Source of the DNA: Spizellomyces punctatus DAOM BR117
Taxonomy: Eukaryota
NCBI GenBank assembly: GCA_000182565.2
Contig: KQ257452.1
Direction: 5' to 3' (one strand)
Length of the DNA stretch: 64,000 nucleotides
Under the pieces are notes generated by a model, which saw nothing but the letters and a program-made list of their open reading frames with translations, had not been told where the DNA came from and did not search any database. Shown one piece after another: positions 38,537-51,961 of this stretch; positions within the stretch are counted from its first letter, which is position 1; every line of letters begins with the position of its first letter. Both the position numbers and the translations under genes were made by a program.

Positions 38537-38772
38537 TCTTTGATGTCTTGACGTTGCAAACGAGTTTTGCACGCTACGTGGAGCCCTCTGTCCATTGTAA
38601 TGCCGCCTGACACGGTGGAACGAGCGTGACTGAGCCAGGTATATTACGTAAGCGAGGCTGTAAGTGAGGAAGCGTTGCCATCTCAACGTCGGAAGGTGAA
38701 TGATGGCCAGAAGGGCTTCGAGCATCAGTGCTTTTTGTTTATTAGATCTTCACAAAGACATTTATTGCAGCC

Positions 38773-39191
38773 ATGGACTTTAGCGGACTGTCAGACATGG
38801 AGAGGTCTCGTATGAATGCCTTCATTGAGCAAAAGCAGGTTGGTGGTCTCGGTGCTTTTGACTTCCCACTACTTGTCAATCTGAGCAATCATGTTGTAGA
38901 TGAAGGACTTTCTCCGCCTGTATGCCAACTTGGTAGACCGTTGTTTTGCAGATTGTGTAAATGATTTTACATCCAAAGCTTTGAGCTCAAAGGAGGTTGG
39001 TGCTCTGTTATCATGGATTTACATATTTTGTGGGTTATGCTCAATGTTTGTGCTGTTTTTGTCAGGATACCTGCGTAAACCGATGCGTTGATAAGTTCAT
39101 AAAACATTCGGAGCGTGTCGGGTTGAGATTTGGGGAGCAGAATGCACTGCTGCAACAGCAGCAGCAACAGCAAATGATGGGATCGCAATAA
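38773..39191 (+). CDS. TIM9: Mitochondrial small Tim chaperone Tim9 (3 exons)
   Basis: [27 protein letters not shown]...[23 protein letters not shown], a twin CX3C motif. Confidence 0.95.
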
Positions 39192-39464
39192 TGACCGTTG
39201 TGTAGCATGAGAAATCGGGGCCGTGCTTGCTCGCTGTATAATACTGCATCGTGGTGGTTTGCATGGCGTCCGGACCATTTCCAGTCGAATTCGAGCATGA
39301 GAGCTCTTTCTGTCGGTCTGGACAGGCCTCAGCTAGCTAGATGAACGACGAGTGGTTAGTAAGAGGAGGAGCACATTACGAGTAGGAGCATATTATCTTA
39401 TATACAGTTGATATACATTAGCGGCGAGGGGGCCGTCAGTAGTCTTAATTTACAATTATGTGCA

Positions 39465-41129
39465 TCAGCTGGCGCCGTCCGATGCCAAATCTTCCATAAC
39501 TAGGCGCTCGGCCAAACGAACAAGGTGTTTTGATGGACGCTACGATGGCATATTGTTTGAAAAACACTCGACGGCTGCGGATGTTGCCCCATCTACTCAC
39601 CTGCTTTTCAGAAGACTGCCATTCATTGATCTGATCCACTACAGCTCTAGCCCTCGCGATGAGATTTTCAGTTGTGGGAACTTAAAAAAAAGTGTGCACA
39701 ATAAGTTGTACGAACTATGGCTAACCGATTCAAGCACACGTACGATTGGCTTCAAGTTCAGTTGGCGGCTTTTGCGGTTCGCCAAATTGATATACATGGA
39801 ATGGTAACAACCGATTAATTACGTCGTCAACAGATTTGAACGGCGATAGATCTGGCTCTCGGGCAGCTCGTTGATCGGCCACGAGAGCTTCATGGACCCT
39901 ACAAGAGCGGTAAACCATACATTCCGAAATTTCGCGTCAAAGATTTCTCATCAAACTACCTTCGCTGGATCTCCTGTTGATTTTTTACTTCTTCTAAGGT
40001 AGGTTCGGGAGGCCGGTACGACGACGCTAAACAGTAACGTTATCAGCCATAACTTACAATGGATTTCTAATGTTGAACATACCCACCAACAAGTGGTGGA
40101 TGTTGTACGTCGGTGTAGCTCGTCTTTGGCGGCCTGCCGCGTGGCCGCTTTACAGAGCTGGTGGGAGATGGAGAAGCGGACCATTGTCGCTTCGGAGTCC
40201 CATATATTAGTGGTGACGTCGATCCTGAAGCAAACGGGGTGGGTGATGATGGGAGACCAGTTGCACGGACTTTTGCTAGAATATTGTCCCGGAGTTGTTG
40301 CGTAGCTTGAGAGAGACTAGGGCGTACTGCCGGTCGAGGGGTTGTGGGATACGACGCTACTGGCTGTGCTTGAAGAGGGTTCTGTGAGAAGTGTTGAAGC
40401 TGCATCTGTGGTATCATTTGAATCCCCCCTCCGAACGGGTACACGATAGGAAGCATCGTGGGCAGAAGCGATTGCCCTGCGGATTGGCCAGCAGGACTTG
40501 AGCTGGGAGGAGTTGACCAAGCTGTGGCGGCAGGATAGATACTTTGCCAGGCGGTAACATTTTGCGCGGAACCATTCGAGGAACCACTCAACATTGACGC
40601 TGCCGCACTCAAAGCTGTCATCCCCCCAAGGTTTCCCAATCCACCAAAGGCTCCCAGTGGTGGCACAGGAGTTCCCGCAGCGGGTGGGTGATTACCTTGT
40701 CCTGTGGCGGCGAACTGAGCGTGCTGGCTAGATAAGGCAAGCTGCCCAATGAGCAGCTTTCGTTGTTCTGATGTCATGCTATTGACGTCAGGGATAATTT
40801 GATTGAGCGGCCGGACCGTCGGAGCTGGACTGTTGATCTTTGGGGTGGAGGGAAGCGGCTGCGGTTTTGATATCGGGGTAGATTGGTTTGGTGCTGCGCT
40901 TAATGATGTAGCAAAACCCGTTGTCGCTATCGGAGTTGTTTTGCCAGGAATAGCGATCTGTGTCCCTGCTGCAGATGTTGATGGTGCTTTTGTACCATTG
41001 CTGTCTTTTCCACCAGCGGCAGCTTCCACGGCCTGTAATAATGCATACTTGGAGTAAAGTTAGGATAACTTGATTTGGCACAGCGTTTCTAGGTCATACC
41101 AATGCATGCGAAGCGTCCTCATCCGCCAT
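39465..41129 (-). CDS. GLTSCR1/BICRA-domain protein with AT-hook, multi-exon
   Basis: DQRAAREPDLSPFKSVDDVINRLLPFHVYQ fits the GLTSCR1 domain; KRPRGRPPK is an AT-hook; last exon RPSKHLVRLAERLVMED. Confidence 0.75.
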
Positions 41130-41655
41130 GACAGCGTGTTCCTTCAATGCCCTTTGGAGCCATCAAACCAGACAGTCCTATGGCAAATCACGTGATTTGA
41201 ACAGTTTCCAGCAGAGCAAAGATGCGTATCGCAACAGTATGGTGAAAAGGAAAGGGAAATTAACCCATAATATAAAGCCCTGGAAATGAAATAGCTTGAG
41301 CCGAAGCGCCCTTAGAGTCTGGACATTGTGCATCCACAATGCGGCGATGGCCACAGGCCACCCAGATTTGTGGATTTCGATTAATGTTTTAACCAAAGAA
41401 TTGGCCGAGAGAATTCAATGATGCGATTCATTTGCAATGGTGCGCTTTCATGCGATCTATGCTACATGCTTTTCTCTTGAATCCTCAAACCCCAGACCCA
41501 TGGCATGGAGCGACCTGATCAGAAACGCGTCGTTTGCTTACTCCATGCGCGTTCTCAAATGCACGACCAGTCTTCCATACCACCGGCATCCATATCTCAG
41601 CGTGTCATTCAACTTGGCTTCCGACTAGGTTTAATTTATTACGAACAAAAGAAAC

Positions 41656-44600
41656 ATGATTCCTGCTCTTTTCGGAGCCAGGAGCCGTGAATCTCTTCAG
41701 AAAGTGCGAGAGGATGAAGAGTATCGCGTAAGAGTTCGAGGCATCTTCCAAGCTTCACTTTGCGACTTTCTACTGATCTTCATGGCGAAATTTTGCCACA
41801 ATTCTATTCTAGACAGCCTGTTCCAAGCTTGTGGCAGCGGGATATCGCTTCTCTCCTGCTTCGTCCTTGGGAAAATCCCCATCCCAAAGAAGCGTTGCTA
41901 CACCAGTGAGAGCCCCGTCGCAAAAATCAGCTGCGAGTTTGGAAAATGTACCAGAGGAGCCTGTATCGCCATCTTCTCACAAACCATCCTACTTTGGCCG
42001 CCGCAAACCCAAGTGTATGTGTATAAGTTTCAACTGGGGGCGCGATCATGATGGCTTAATGAATTTGTTTGCATACTGACAGCGTCTACGACATATATTG
42101 CAATGCGAGAGAAAATTGGCCCTGTGTGCATATCGCTAAAGTCCTTGGAGAGCGAGAAAGACACTATGCTAGCTTATGTTCGCACTAAATACGTATGTGA
42201 ACGAGTTTCCCTGTTTGTTACCCTTATGTTCAATTGTTGCGCTTGCAGGGTTTCAACGTCCATACCTTCATTGAAGAAAAGATAGAAGAATACCCAGCCG
42301 CCGTGGCTGCACTTCGCGAGTACTTACGTCTTCCATATGTCTTGTGCGGGCTCCGGGAGGATAAGGTCCTAGCGGCCCCACATGGCACAGCCCAAGAGAT
42401 GGACTTGATTGATGCAATGGGTGTAGAGATTGTGAATAGCGCACATGCTGTCAAGAAGCGAGATCTGGATAATGCCCTCTTGGAACTGGATGCCCTTCGG
42501 GTGCGTACTGTTATTGCGTTGCGGAAGGATAGTCTCCATTGAATCTCAAGCACTACGTAGATGCGAAAACTTGATCACGTTGTGATTGATATCATCTTAG
42601 CCCAACGGGACGCAACAGCCTGTATGTCGGCGGTATTTCCTTTTGTGCATCCAACTCTTTGAGCTTACGCTCACCAGCTCGTGCATCCCGGTATATTAGC
42701 GCTTTTAAACTCATATGATGGGCAAAATGGGTTCAAAGTACCTCTTACCCTTGGTGTAAAGGCGGATGAGCTAGTCAAGCCCATGGATGACTCGCGAACT
42801 TTTAGAGATCTCGGTTGGTAGCTACCCGGACCCTGAAGTCCGACAGACCCAATAACTGGCTTGAAATGTAGGGCTCATATTTCAGAAGATGAAATCAGGG
42901 CCACCTCGCAGTTCGAGCAATGTGGAGATCAAGGTATTCATTATTCCTTTCGGTGCAAAATGCCGCACACACTTATCCTGTCGACTTTGAAGACGCAAGC
43001 AGCTGTGATTGACAAGTCAAAAGTCACTCAAGCCATTTACGAAATATTTGAAGTCGAAAAGAGTAACTTGAAAAGGTTGAAAGTTCTTGAAACCGTGAGT
43101 GATCAATCCGCATATTATTTGGATCATGTAAAACCACATACTCAGACTGTACTTATTTAGCATTACAATGAACCCGTATGGAAGAATTGGCAAGAAGCAG
43201 ATTTCGCAAGCCCCAGTTTTGCTAGAAGCGGCTGTCCAACAGTCCGCAGAATCATAGAGCAATCGGAAAAGTTGCTGCAGGAGCTGGGAAGTCCATCTGT
43301 TTCTGTAGAGCGCTTTTGCACCGTGTTCATAGACAAGGTAAGTAAGCACCTTTAACCCCACTTATAGGTCCTGCGTTGAAAGTTTCCAAAATTCAGGCGC
43401 GCGAGTCTGGAGACTTTTATCTCGCGTATCGGGATTATATTGACCAGTTCGACTATGCACATCAGTGTTTACCAAAGTCCCCAATCTTCCACGCTTTCAT
43501 GGAGGTATATCATTAGCCGCAAGTAACATCTTACATTGACTAATGAGAATAATAAAGAAACTGCGTCAAGATCCTACGACAAGCTTCGATACGTTGCGCG
43601 CCTTACCTGTTCAAAGACTACCTCGCTATGTTATGGCTCTTCATACCATTATGCTGAATACACTGACGTCCGATCCAACCTTTCCCCTTGCGATGGAAGC
43701 CCACCGGGCCATGGATGAGGCGACACGAAGAATTGATGAACGTCGACGTCAATATGAAGACTTCAAACTTCTTACAGAGGTGGATCACAAGTTGAACCTC
43801 GGTGGTGCGGTAGGAACTTTGATATCGTCCACTCATGAGCGGCCCTGTGCTAACCTACTACGTACAGATATCGAGCGCACAAGTCAAATACAAATGCGAG
43901 CTGCATGTTGAGGAGATAAACGACAAAAAAATCCGTCTTCATAAACGCATCTTCCTTCTATTCAGTAATCTGTTACTGGTGCTGGAACGCAAAGAACAGC
44001 AGACGAATAACCTTGCACGAAAAGGAGCCCGTGAGAAAACTTCTGAACGACCTCCGTACATTATTGAAGCCATGCATCCGGTGGCGAGTATAACCGCAGT
44101 GGACCAACACGATAAAGGTATATATCATTCGAATAGTGTTTAGATTAGTATGAGCTAGCTCACATTTTCCATCTCGCTACAGAGTTCAAGCTCATTTGTT
44201 TGACTAACGGCCCACATCAGCGTCGAGTGGCCTCCTACGAAGCAGAATCTAAAGAAGCAAAAGAGTTTTTCCTGCGTGCCTTACGAGATATTGAGGTCAG
44301 AGCGAAGCTAGAGGGTGAGGCACAACATAAGGCTTTGAATTCTGCAACATCCTATTCTGAACTTCCATTTTCGGGCGGGCAGCCAACAAGCTCAAAAATG
44401 AGCCCTATGCCGACCGCTTTGATGACTTAGATGTGTACTACAATATCATGAACGCCAGCGAGTTGAACAAAAAATTATTGGTGAGTTGCAGCTGCATGAA
44501 CTATCTTGAAGTTTTCTCTTTCTCAATTCTTGAATATGGAAGGGATCTGTTGGCGTTGTGGTACTTGGGGATCATCAGTTGTTTGCTGACATCTTGTCGC

Positions 44601-47600
44601 GAAGCAAAGACAGTTACTGTAGGTACACTTGAACAACGAAGTGGATCCCGTTCTGGTTGGGAATCTCAATCAATAATCCTTTAGATGCAATGGGGTTTTT
44701 AGAAACCAAAGATATGGAGGCACGATTAACATTTGCGGTTCATGAAAAAGCGCTTAACGCGCACGGTGATCCATTAAACCCCCAAAATGTTCCAACATGG
44801 AATGATCCTGCGAGCGTTCAGCAAAAACTTCTTTCGCAGGGTGTGTACCGTTGTTATCTAATTCCATCGTTGTGGTGAAGATGTTCACGCAGTATTCGAT
44901 CACGTATAGCTAGCAAAATCGCCTCATTCTTATCGCACGAAGGACCGGATCCGGACCGGTTTAAAACGATAATGGAACCTGCTTTACGCGACGTTTGCGA
45001 AATCTACTACAAAGTTCGTCGGCCTTCATTGATGCACTCGCGCTCCTTCTCGTCCACCTCCTCTCTTCTTTCCTGGGCGTCCCGCAGCAGCGTTAGCAGC
45101 ATGGCCAGCGTGACCAGCATAACCAGTGAGAAAAACGCAAACCTAACTCGACGCCCATCCACAGTCATGCGCAGGATTACAAACGCAATGAGAAGACCTG
45201 GGCCAGATGCTTCTGGTGACATTCCCTACAGAGCCGGCACGCCAGAACCTGGTGGTACATACTCCGGAAGATCTCCTGAGAGACGAAGCCGAATACCTGT
45301 CATTCCGGGCGCCGCACGTCCGTTTGGACCTGATCGGACCTCACCACAAAAGAACGTACCGCCCCTTCCCCGCGGTAATTTCCAGCGTCTCTTTCTTCGG
45401 GGGAAAAGCGTTGCTCCGTCACCCAACGAGAAACGTGAGTTGACACCACGCGGCTATGCTCATTTCTCATCTTAGTTAACTTCAACTGTTAAAGTTGTCC
45501 CAATTCGTGTTCTGGAGGTGCTTCTGAATTCAGTGGAGGAGCGAGGTAAGGATATCACGCTCTCTAATAGAGATGACTATTTTAACACCAGCACACCTAT
45601 ATAGGTCTGAACTGTAAGACCCTTTATCGCGGCGGCGACACGCACGATATAAACAAGATTGTGGAGGATTTAGGTATGAAAATGCCCTTTCTTCGCCTGC
45701 CATCATGTATTTAACGCCCGAATAGTTCTAAAAAAGCCACGCGCCGAAGCTCTGTCACGCCATATCGAAAAGATCCCACCAGAACGACTGGCGCAGATAA
45801 CCAAGGGTTACATTGCGACAGCCAACAACGGGAATCTGTTATGGCCAAAAGAGACTCTTGCTGAGATACGTGGATCAGCAAGTAAGAATATTTTCTTTGT
45901 AGGCCATTAGCGTAATGCATGTCGTACCAATCACTGGCATAGGAATGCAGCATCGTAGTCATATTGATGAGGACTTTATCGAAGCAATTAAATTTCCCAT
46001 TCGCAACCTACCCCTCACCAACCAACGAGCGTTAGCCATGGTTTTCCTCCATTGGCAGGGGTAAGTAAGAAGGGCCTTTGTCTAGTAAATCAGAGATTAG
46101 ATTTTACATTTTTCATGCAGAATATCACGTCAAGCACACACTCAACTGGACGCACGTAAGCTGGCCGGTGTCCTTGCCCAGACGGTGATGCGGGAAGAGA
46201 CTGGGTGGGCCATAGCGGCAACGGAATGTATCATCGCCAATGCCGACAAGCTGTTTGACAACATAGAGGGACATGTGCCGGTGCGACCAATAACTCCAAG
46301 GCGCTCCGAATCTATGGTATTTGATAAACCTGAACACTGTAGGTTTCTATATTCTTCGTAGTCCGCATATCCTAAAAATTTCTAACTTCCGCAAAATAGC
46401 AACGACCCAACCAGATTCGCTACAGCCAAGCGATCACGAAAGCGACGTCGCGCAACCGCAGCATATTGAGCTTCCAACAAATGTCACTGATCAAGAAGCT
46501 GATCAGGCTGTGGCAGTCAGCGCTCCTGGCTCTGTCAGTCATTTATTCGAGACTTCTACACCATCAAGTGATCTTCAAGTGCAATCAACCGAAGCTAATT
46601 TTGAAAACGTTCACCCCATCGTTCCCGAGCAGCATATGCACCACGACCAATCAGAGAGATCGGAGAGTCAAGCACCCATTGAACAAGAGGACGGCGAAAT
46701 TGTAGAGTCAGTAGCACCCCGAGAGGACAGCGACCACAACATCTCGCCGGAAATCAGTGCAGAAATTGTGCCGCAACAACCTGAACACAGTATACCTGAA
46801 CTCAACATGGGACAGCCGGTACCGAAGGACGTTGACGATCTAACGGCAGCACACGAAGAACAAGACCGAGTGCATCCATCCGAAACAGAGCCGGAACATG
46901 ATGAAAACGAGATACCAGCCGACAAGGTTATGCTCAGCCCGGCAGCTCAGGCGACCGAGGAGACCCCATCAAGTCCTGCTAGCCTAGTAGATCTTAAGGG
47001 TTCGACAGGCCTACTTAAGCAGCTGAATGAAACTACGGATTCAAGTTCTACATTGGTTGTGAGACGCTGCGCCTCACTGCAGGAAGGGGACTTCGCTGAG
47101 GTATTTGGATTCTTATTTAGCTGGCTGGAATTGCCTAATCTTTGATGCTGACATATTTCCAAAGTCGTTGTACTTATCACGTATTGAACTCGCCAACAAG
47201 AGTCTTCGCCTTGCAAAGACAACGTTAGAGAGTAAAAAATCGGTCTTAGAAAAGGAGCTCTCGGATTTGGGGGAGATTCCGGCCCTGGTTACCGCGGAAG
47301 TACATGAAGGGGCAGGCGAGAACCTGGATACGGAACAATTGTTGGTTCACCTGCCTGAACTTAGTGCCGTTGTGGATGTCGAACGCCTGAGACCAGACTC
47401 GATCGCGGATGAGTTCAAGTTAGAGATGGCTGCGTTTGTTAAAGGAGGAAGTAGCATGACTATCGCCTCGCAGGTACTTGCGTATGAGTTACAAATCGCA
47501 CCAGGAGACGAATAACTCGTTGTTGTCTTTAACTAAAGAAGTCAGATGAAGACTCCCATACTGAACAATCGACTAATACTGATCACCTGTTGAAACCAAA

Positions 47601-47619
47601 TGATAGTGGTACGTTATGA
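41656..47619 (+). CDS. Large RhoGEF (DH-PH) protein with a downstream RhoGAP-like domain and acidic tail; many exons, start and one junction uncertain
   Basis: DH: AIYEIFEVEKSNLKRLKVL...LPVQRLPRYVMALH; PH: KRIFLLFSNLLLV...SKEAKEFFL; RhoGAP-like: VPIRVLEVLLNSVEERG|LNCKTLYR...NLPLTNQRAL...LDARKLAGVLAQTVMR...IIANADKLF. Confidence 0.75.
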
Positions 47620-48154
47620 ACCCTGAACTATCATGAGTTAGCTGAGATGTCAGGGCTCATATCGTTCGTAATAGTAAAAGGAATTGTCTCCTCCCGATCT
47701 GCACCATATCTTTCCTTAAATCCGCTTCCATTGAAAGCCACCGGCAGTCCGGTACGTTTGCATAAATAAATCGTGAAAGAGAATTTACCATGTTATCATC
47801 TTGCTGATCTGAGTATCGGTAAACACAGATGATAGCAGCCTTGATTGAAGAGAACAAGAAACTCCAACAAGAAAACCTAAAGTGCATACGGGTACGTGCA
47901 AGTGCTTTTTTCCATTTGTAATAAAAGTTCATTTGCCTGACCAATTACGCATTGGCTTTACAAGGAGGTATCTCGCCTAGAACAGCAGAAATCTGCACTC
48001 CGCATAGGCCTGCAATCCAACGCCGAAGACATAGCTCTGCCTGCCGAAAGCTAAATAATTCCGGGTGGGAAATGCAAAATAGAATAATGATATGCAATGA
48101 ATATAGATTAATGAATAAGTTATATATACACACGCCCACTGTCTTTGTACAAGC

Positions 48155-49134
48155 TCAATAATCTTCCCCTGGAACATTAAAGCACTGGTTAGAACGGGAA
48201 TCCAACGGGTAGAATCTGCCCTAGCCGTCTGCTTACGGTCACTTGCATCTCCTCCAAACACATCGACATCTTCGTCGTAGTGATCAACCAAATAGTCGTT
48301 TTCTTCCTCGTACATTTCTTCGTCGTACTCCTCTTCTGGTAACGCTTCATCGTCATCATCAACATCTGCCTGCAAGTATCACACATGGAGTTATTAGTAT
48401 TTTGGCGTACCGAGCCGGACCCACGCGCAAGTGCCCTACATTTCCCTTGGCACTGGCCTCTTCTTTCTCCAAAGCATCCAGAGCTTTGAGGTCGATGTCT
48501 TTCTTAACAAGTTTGGCACCTACACGATATCGGACAGGTACCATCTGTTAGCCAGCCCCCTGTCGAGTGGATCAGGTACTGGACAAAATCACGTTGCACA
48601 CTCACTCGTCTTGGACTTCGATGGATCCTTTACTCCGTGAAGTTCTTCAGGGAAAAAAGCAAGATCTGTCGGGACTCCAGTCAAAGATTTATTCGCCTCC
48701 TTCGTCCGTTTGCGAAACCGATCTGAGTATCTCTCGATATCTAATGACAGCATGTCAATTTTCCCCGATCGCTAATTCCTGAGGTTTTACAATTTTCACT
48801 CTACCAGGCTTCGGAGGTGGGACATCAAGATAATATGGTAGCTCCCGAAGGCTGTCGAGAAAGACCTTCCACTCGTCGACCATGTACTGTTCGGGGAGGG
48901 TCATTTGTTTGAAAGGATGGGGTTTGTAGTCCTGCAATCACTTGCATGTTTAGCAAGTTCTCGTGGATATTGGTCTCTAAGGAATCGAACAGGTACCGGA
49001 AAGAGCGGAGTCTCCTTGTATGTTACTTCAACATCTTCCCCCAAGTCAGGTCCCCGGCCTCGTCCAAACCCTCCCCCACTGCCCCCTCCTCGCCCACCTC
49101 TCCAACCACCACCGCCTCCTCCTCTTCCACTCAT
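48155..49134 (-). CDS. RPC31: RNA polymerase III subunit Rpc31/RPC7 (POLR3G), multi-exon
   Basis: MSGRGGG RG-rich start, TPLFP, ELPYYL, IERYSDRF, FFPEEL, acidic tail EEENDYLVDHYD. Confidence 0.9.
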
Positions 49135-49333
49135 GAGTTCGACAGTCTGGAGTGGAACAAGAACTGGATGCGTGATAGCAAGTCGTTAACGAATATCTAT
49201 TGGGATAGTTCACTTTGCTCTACCGTGATTCGAGCCGGTTCTGCTGCGTTGTTGCTGTTGCCACGGTTACCGGACCAGGATTAGTGTGGTGCAGATCTCT
49301 AGTGCTGACAGTAACTCATCAACCTAGGCGGCA

Positions 49334-49891
49334 ATGGAACACTTTGAAAAGGGAGTCGTGACAAAGGCGGGCCTAAATGGCACGGGCCTTAGGGTTCTTA
49401 TTGGTCTGTAACTCTTTCATGGTATACCGGGACTATGCCATTCTGACACCTCTTGCTCTACAGTGCATACAAGATGGAATCTTCCAGTGGTTGAGGCCCT
49501 TGTCAAGGGAACTGTTAATACTCTTCAAGCGCATGGTGTTGAAGCGACGAACATTGTTATAAAGGACGTTCCTGGAGCCTATGAACTTCCTTTTGCGTCA
49601 CAGTCTCTCCTTCAGAGTGCAAAAGTCCCTTTCGATGCCTGTATTTCCATCGGCGTGCTTATCAAGGGCTCAACCATGCACTTTGAGTATATAGCTGATG
49701 CCACAAGTCAAGGACTGATGCGAGTGGGGCTAGATACGAGAATCCCTGTGATCTTCGGGGTCTTGACTTGTTTGACAGAGGACCAGGCCTTTGAGAGAGC
49801 TGGACTTGGGCGGGGCCCATCCAAGGGACATAACCACGGTGAGGATTGGGCTCAGGCTGCCATTGAGATGGCTCTTTTGAATAGAGGATAG
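49334..49891 (+). CDS. RIB4: 6,7-dimethyl-8-ribityllumazine synthase (2 exons)
   Basis: LRVLI|VHTRWN, VPGAYELP, GVLIKGSTMHFEYI, PVIFGVLT, HNHGEDW. Confidence 0.97.
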
Positions 49892-50024
49892 AGCCGGTGA
49901 AGGTACGACATTATATATCATTGACGGTGCTACTATATCAATGGCTATTTTTACAAAATCTAAAACCATGTATGTTCAAAGTAATGTGGTTTGCCTTGTT
50001 CACTTCTTGTACTTTCCAACTTGC

Positions 50025-51703
50025 TCATTCGCCACGCTTCGTATTAAATGCTTGAAAAAGCCCATATCTGAAAGGGAATTGTCAGTATTGTCAGCGTGCC
50101 AGTGAAATTGTCATTGTAGTCCACGTACAAGCATCGTAATAGTGCCTTGACATCCTTCCGGACTAAATCTAATGCAAAAGGTTCTTATCTTGGGTCAGCC
50201 TTCTGAATATTGCTCGAATGCAACCTACCAGTAGCATTTATGCGAGTAATGTCGATATTAAGATCCAACATCATGGATAGGGCAAACCGGGCATTCTCGA
50301 TCTAGGCGATCTAGTGGTTAAACGCTTTGGTCTTCCCACTTTCACGGTCAGTTCAGATCAATGCATTGCGGAACACAAACCTTTTCTGCAAGGGTGGTTG
50401 GACTGAGAGTATAGTGGTGGAGGGGGACAAAGAAGTTCCCCAGCGTTCCAATGAGAAAGATCAAATATATTCCTTCCAATTTAGTCAAGCTGTTGATGCG
50501 GATGTCGAGACCTTCTAATTGAGAATTGACAAATTCTAGCAGCAGCTGTTGTCGCTAGGTTGTTAGCACCCTTCTGGGCATTGAATGAAAGCTCTCGTTC
50601 TCACCTTCGTTACTTTATCCATCTTTTCCGGTGTTTCAAATAACTTGTCAAGCGCGTCAGGCTCATATTGAGGACCACCTGTTAGAAATTGGGCAGACAC
50701 AGATTAGAATGTTTGCATTAGAGCTACTTGGCAGGCTTACCATCAACATCTGGTGGTAGAAGCTCTATCTGCGACATTCTAGCGCTGCTGCTACGAGAAA
50801 CGCCTTTGATTTCCTCGGGAGTAATTTTATGGACAGTTGTCTTGTTTTTAACTCCTCCAGGTAGTTCCTTTTGAGGAACACGGTGAGTGGCTTATGAATG
50901 TACTGATTCTTCCAATAGCATACCTCTCGTTTGATAATTGCCATTGATATCCCAGGGGGTAGACTGTAAGGACATCCCAAAACTTGTGCCAGATCTACCA
51001 GAAGGCAAATGATTGATGATATATCCTTGCTCATGATGCCTGAGATTGAGACGATATGTAAATTTGCCATCCACCGTCTGCGCCATGCTGTGCCGTACCC
51101 TCAATTGTCCACCGTTCCCGGTCTTGCCTCACTTTCAAATTAACCTCCACGAACTTGATGACATGAGCAAGGATAGCTACTTTGCTTCTTTCTGACTTTG
51201 CAGCAAGCATTTGCGGATCAACAACCTGCTCTCCGGTTATTTGACCTTTATTTGCAACGGATTGAGTATGTCGCCAAGGGTTTGCCATGGTGTGCTAAGG
51301 GGGGTCTACAGAGGCATACCCAAGAAGGCGGCCAAGATCTGACCATCGTCCATATCGGCTACAAGGTCACGGACAGTCATTGAATCGTTGATGACGTACG
51401 AATTTACCCATGCCGTAAGACTCTAGCTTGTTTTCTGGGCGTTACTACGCAGATCGCGTGTGTAGAGAATCCCAAAGAAAGCTCACTTGGATCACCCTCT
51501 TAACGTTCGGATCCCCTTTTGAGGTTGGGTGCATCTGATAGGTTGTAGTAACATCTGCAGCATCGCTTTATCAGTTGATCCACGCGCGCTTAACGGTGAA
51601 CAGCACGGGCTGATGGGAACAGACCAGGGCGATACGGAGCGTCTGCTCGGGCAAGCGCATCTGTGGCACCTGTGAGTTTTGGATTACTTGCACTTTTCTT
51701 CAT
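50025..51703 (-). CDS. Parvin homologue (two CH domains), about 10 short exons
   Basis: Spliced: HPTSKGDPNVKRVIQ|SLTAWVNSYV...DLVADMDDGQIL; ERWTIEG|IMSKDISSIICLLVDLA..LPPGISMAII; PDALDKLFETPEKM; EGIYLIFLIGTLGNFFVPLHHYTLSP; DLVRKDVKALLRCLYGLF. Confidence 0.88.
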
Positions 51704-51961
51704 ACTCCAATGGTGAGTGGTAATTGCCCAGGATACTGTTGCGAGCAGGTTTGCTGGCGGAGTGGATTAGATAACACCAGCTAAGCCTCAAGTTGGTGTG
51801 TCAGGCCTGTTACCGCGTGGCTGTTATGGACTTTGCAATCTGCCATACATCCCGTTAACGTCCCATCTCAGTCCATTTAAGGCGCCTCGAAAATAGAGAC
51901 GCTAGTGTTTTGTTACCTCATCGACAACACATAGTCAGTTTTCCATTTTGAGCGTGCAACA

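Noticed and set aside
39150-39175. CAG/CAA run encoding poly-Q at the Tim9 C-terminus
   Set aside because: Short low-complexity tail with no evident significance.
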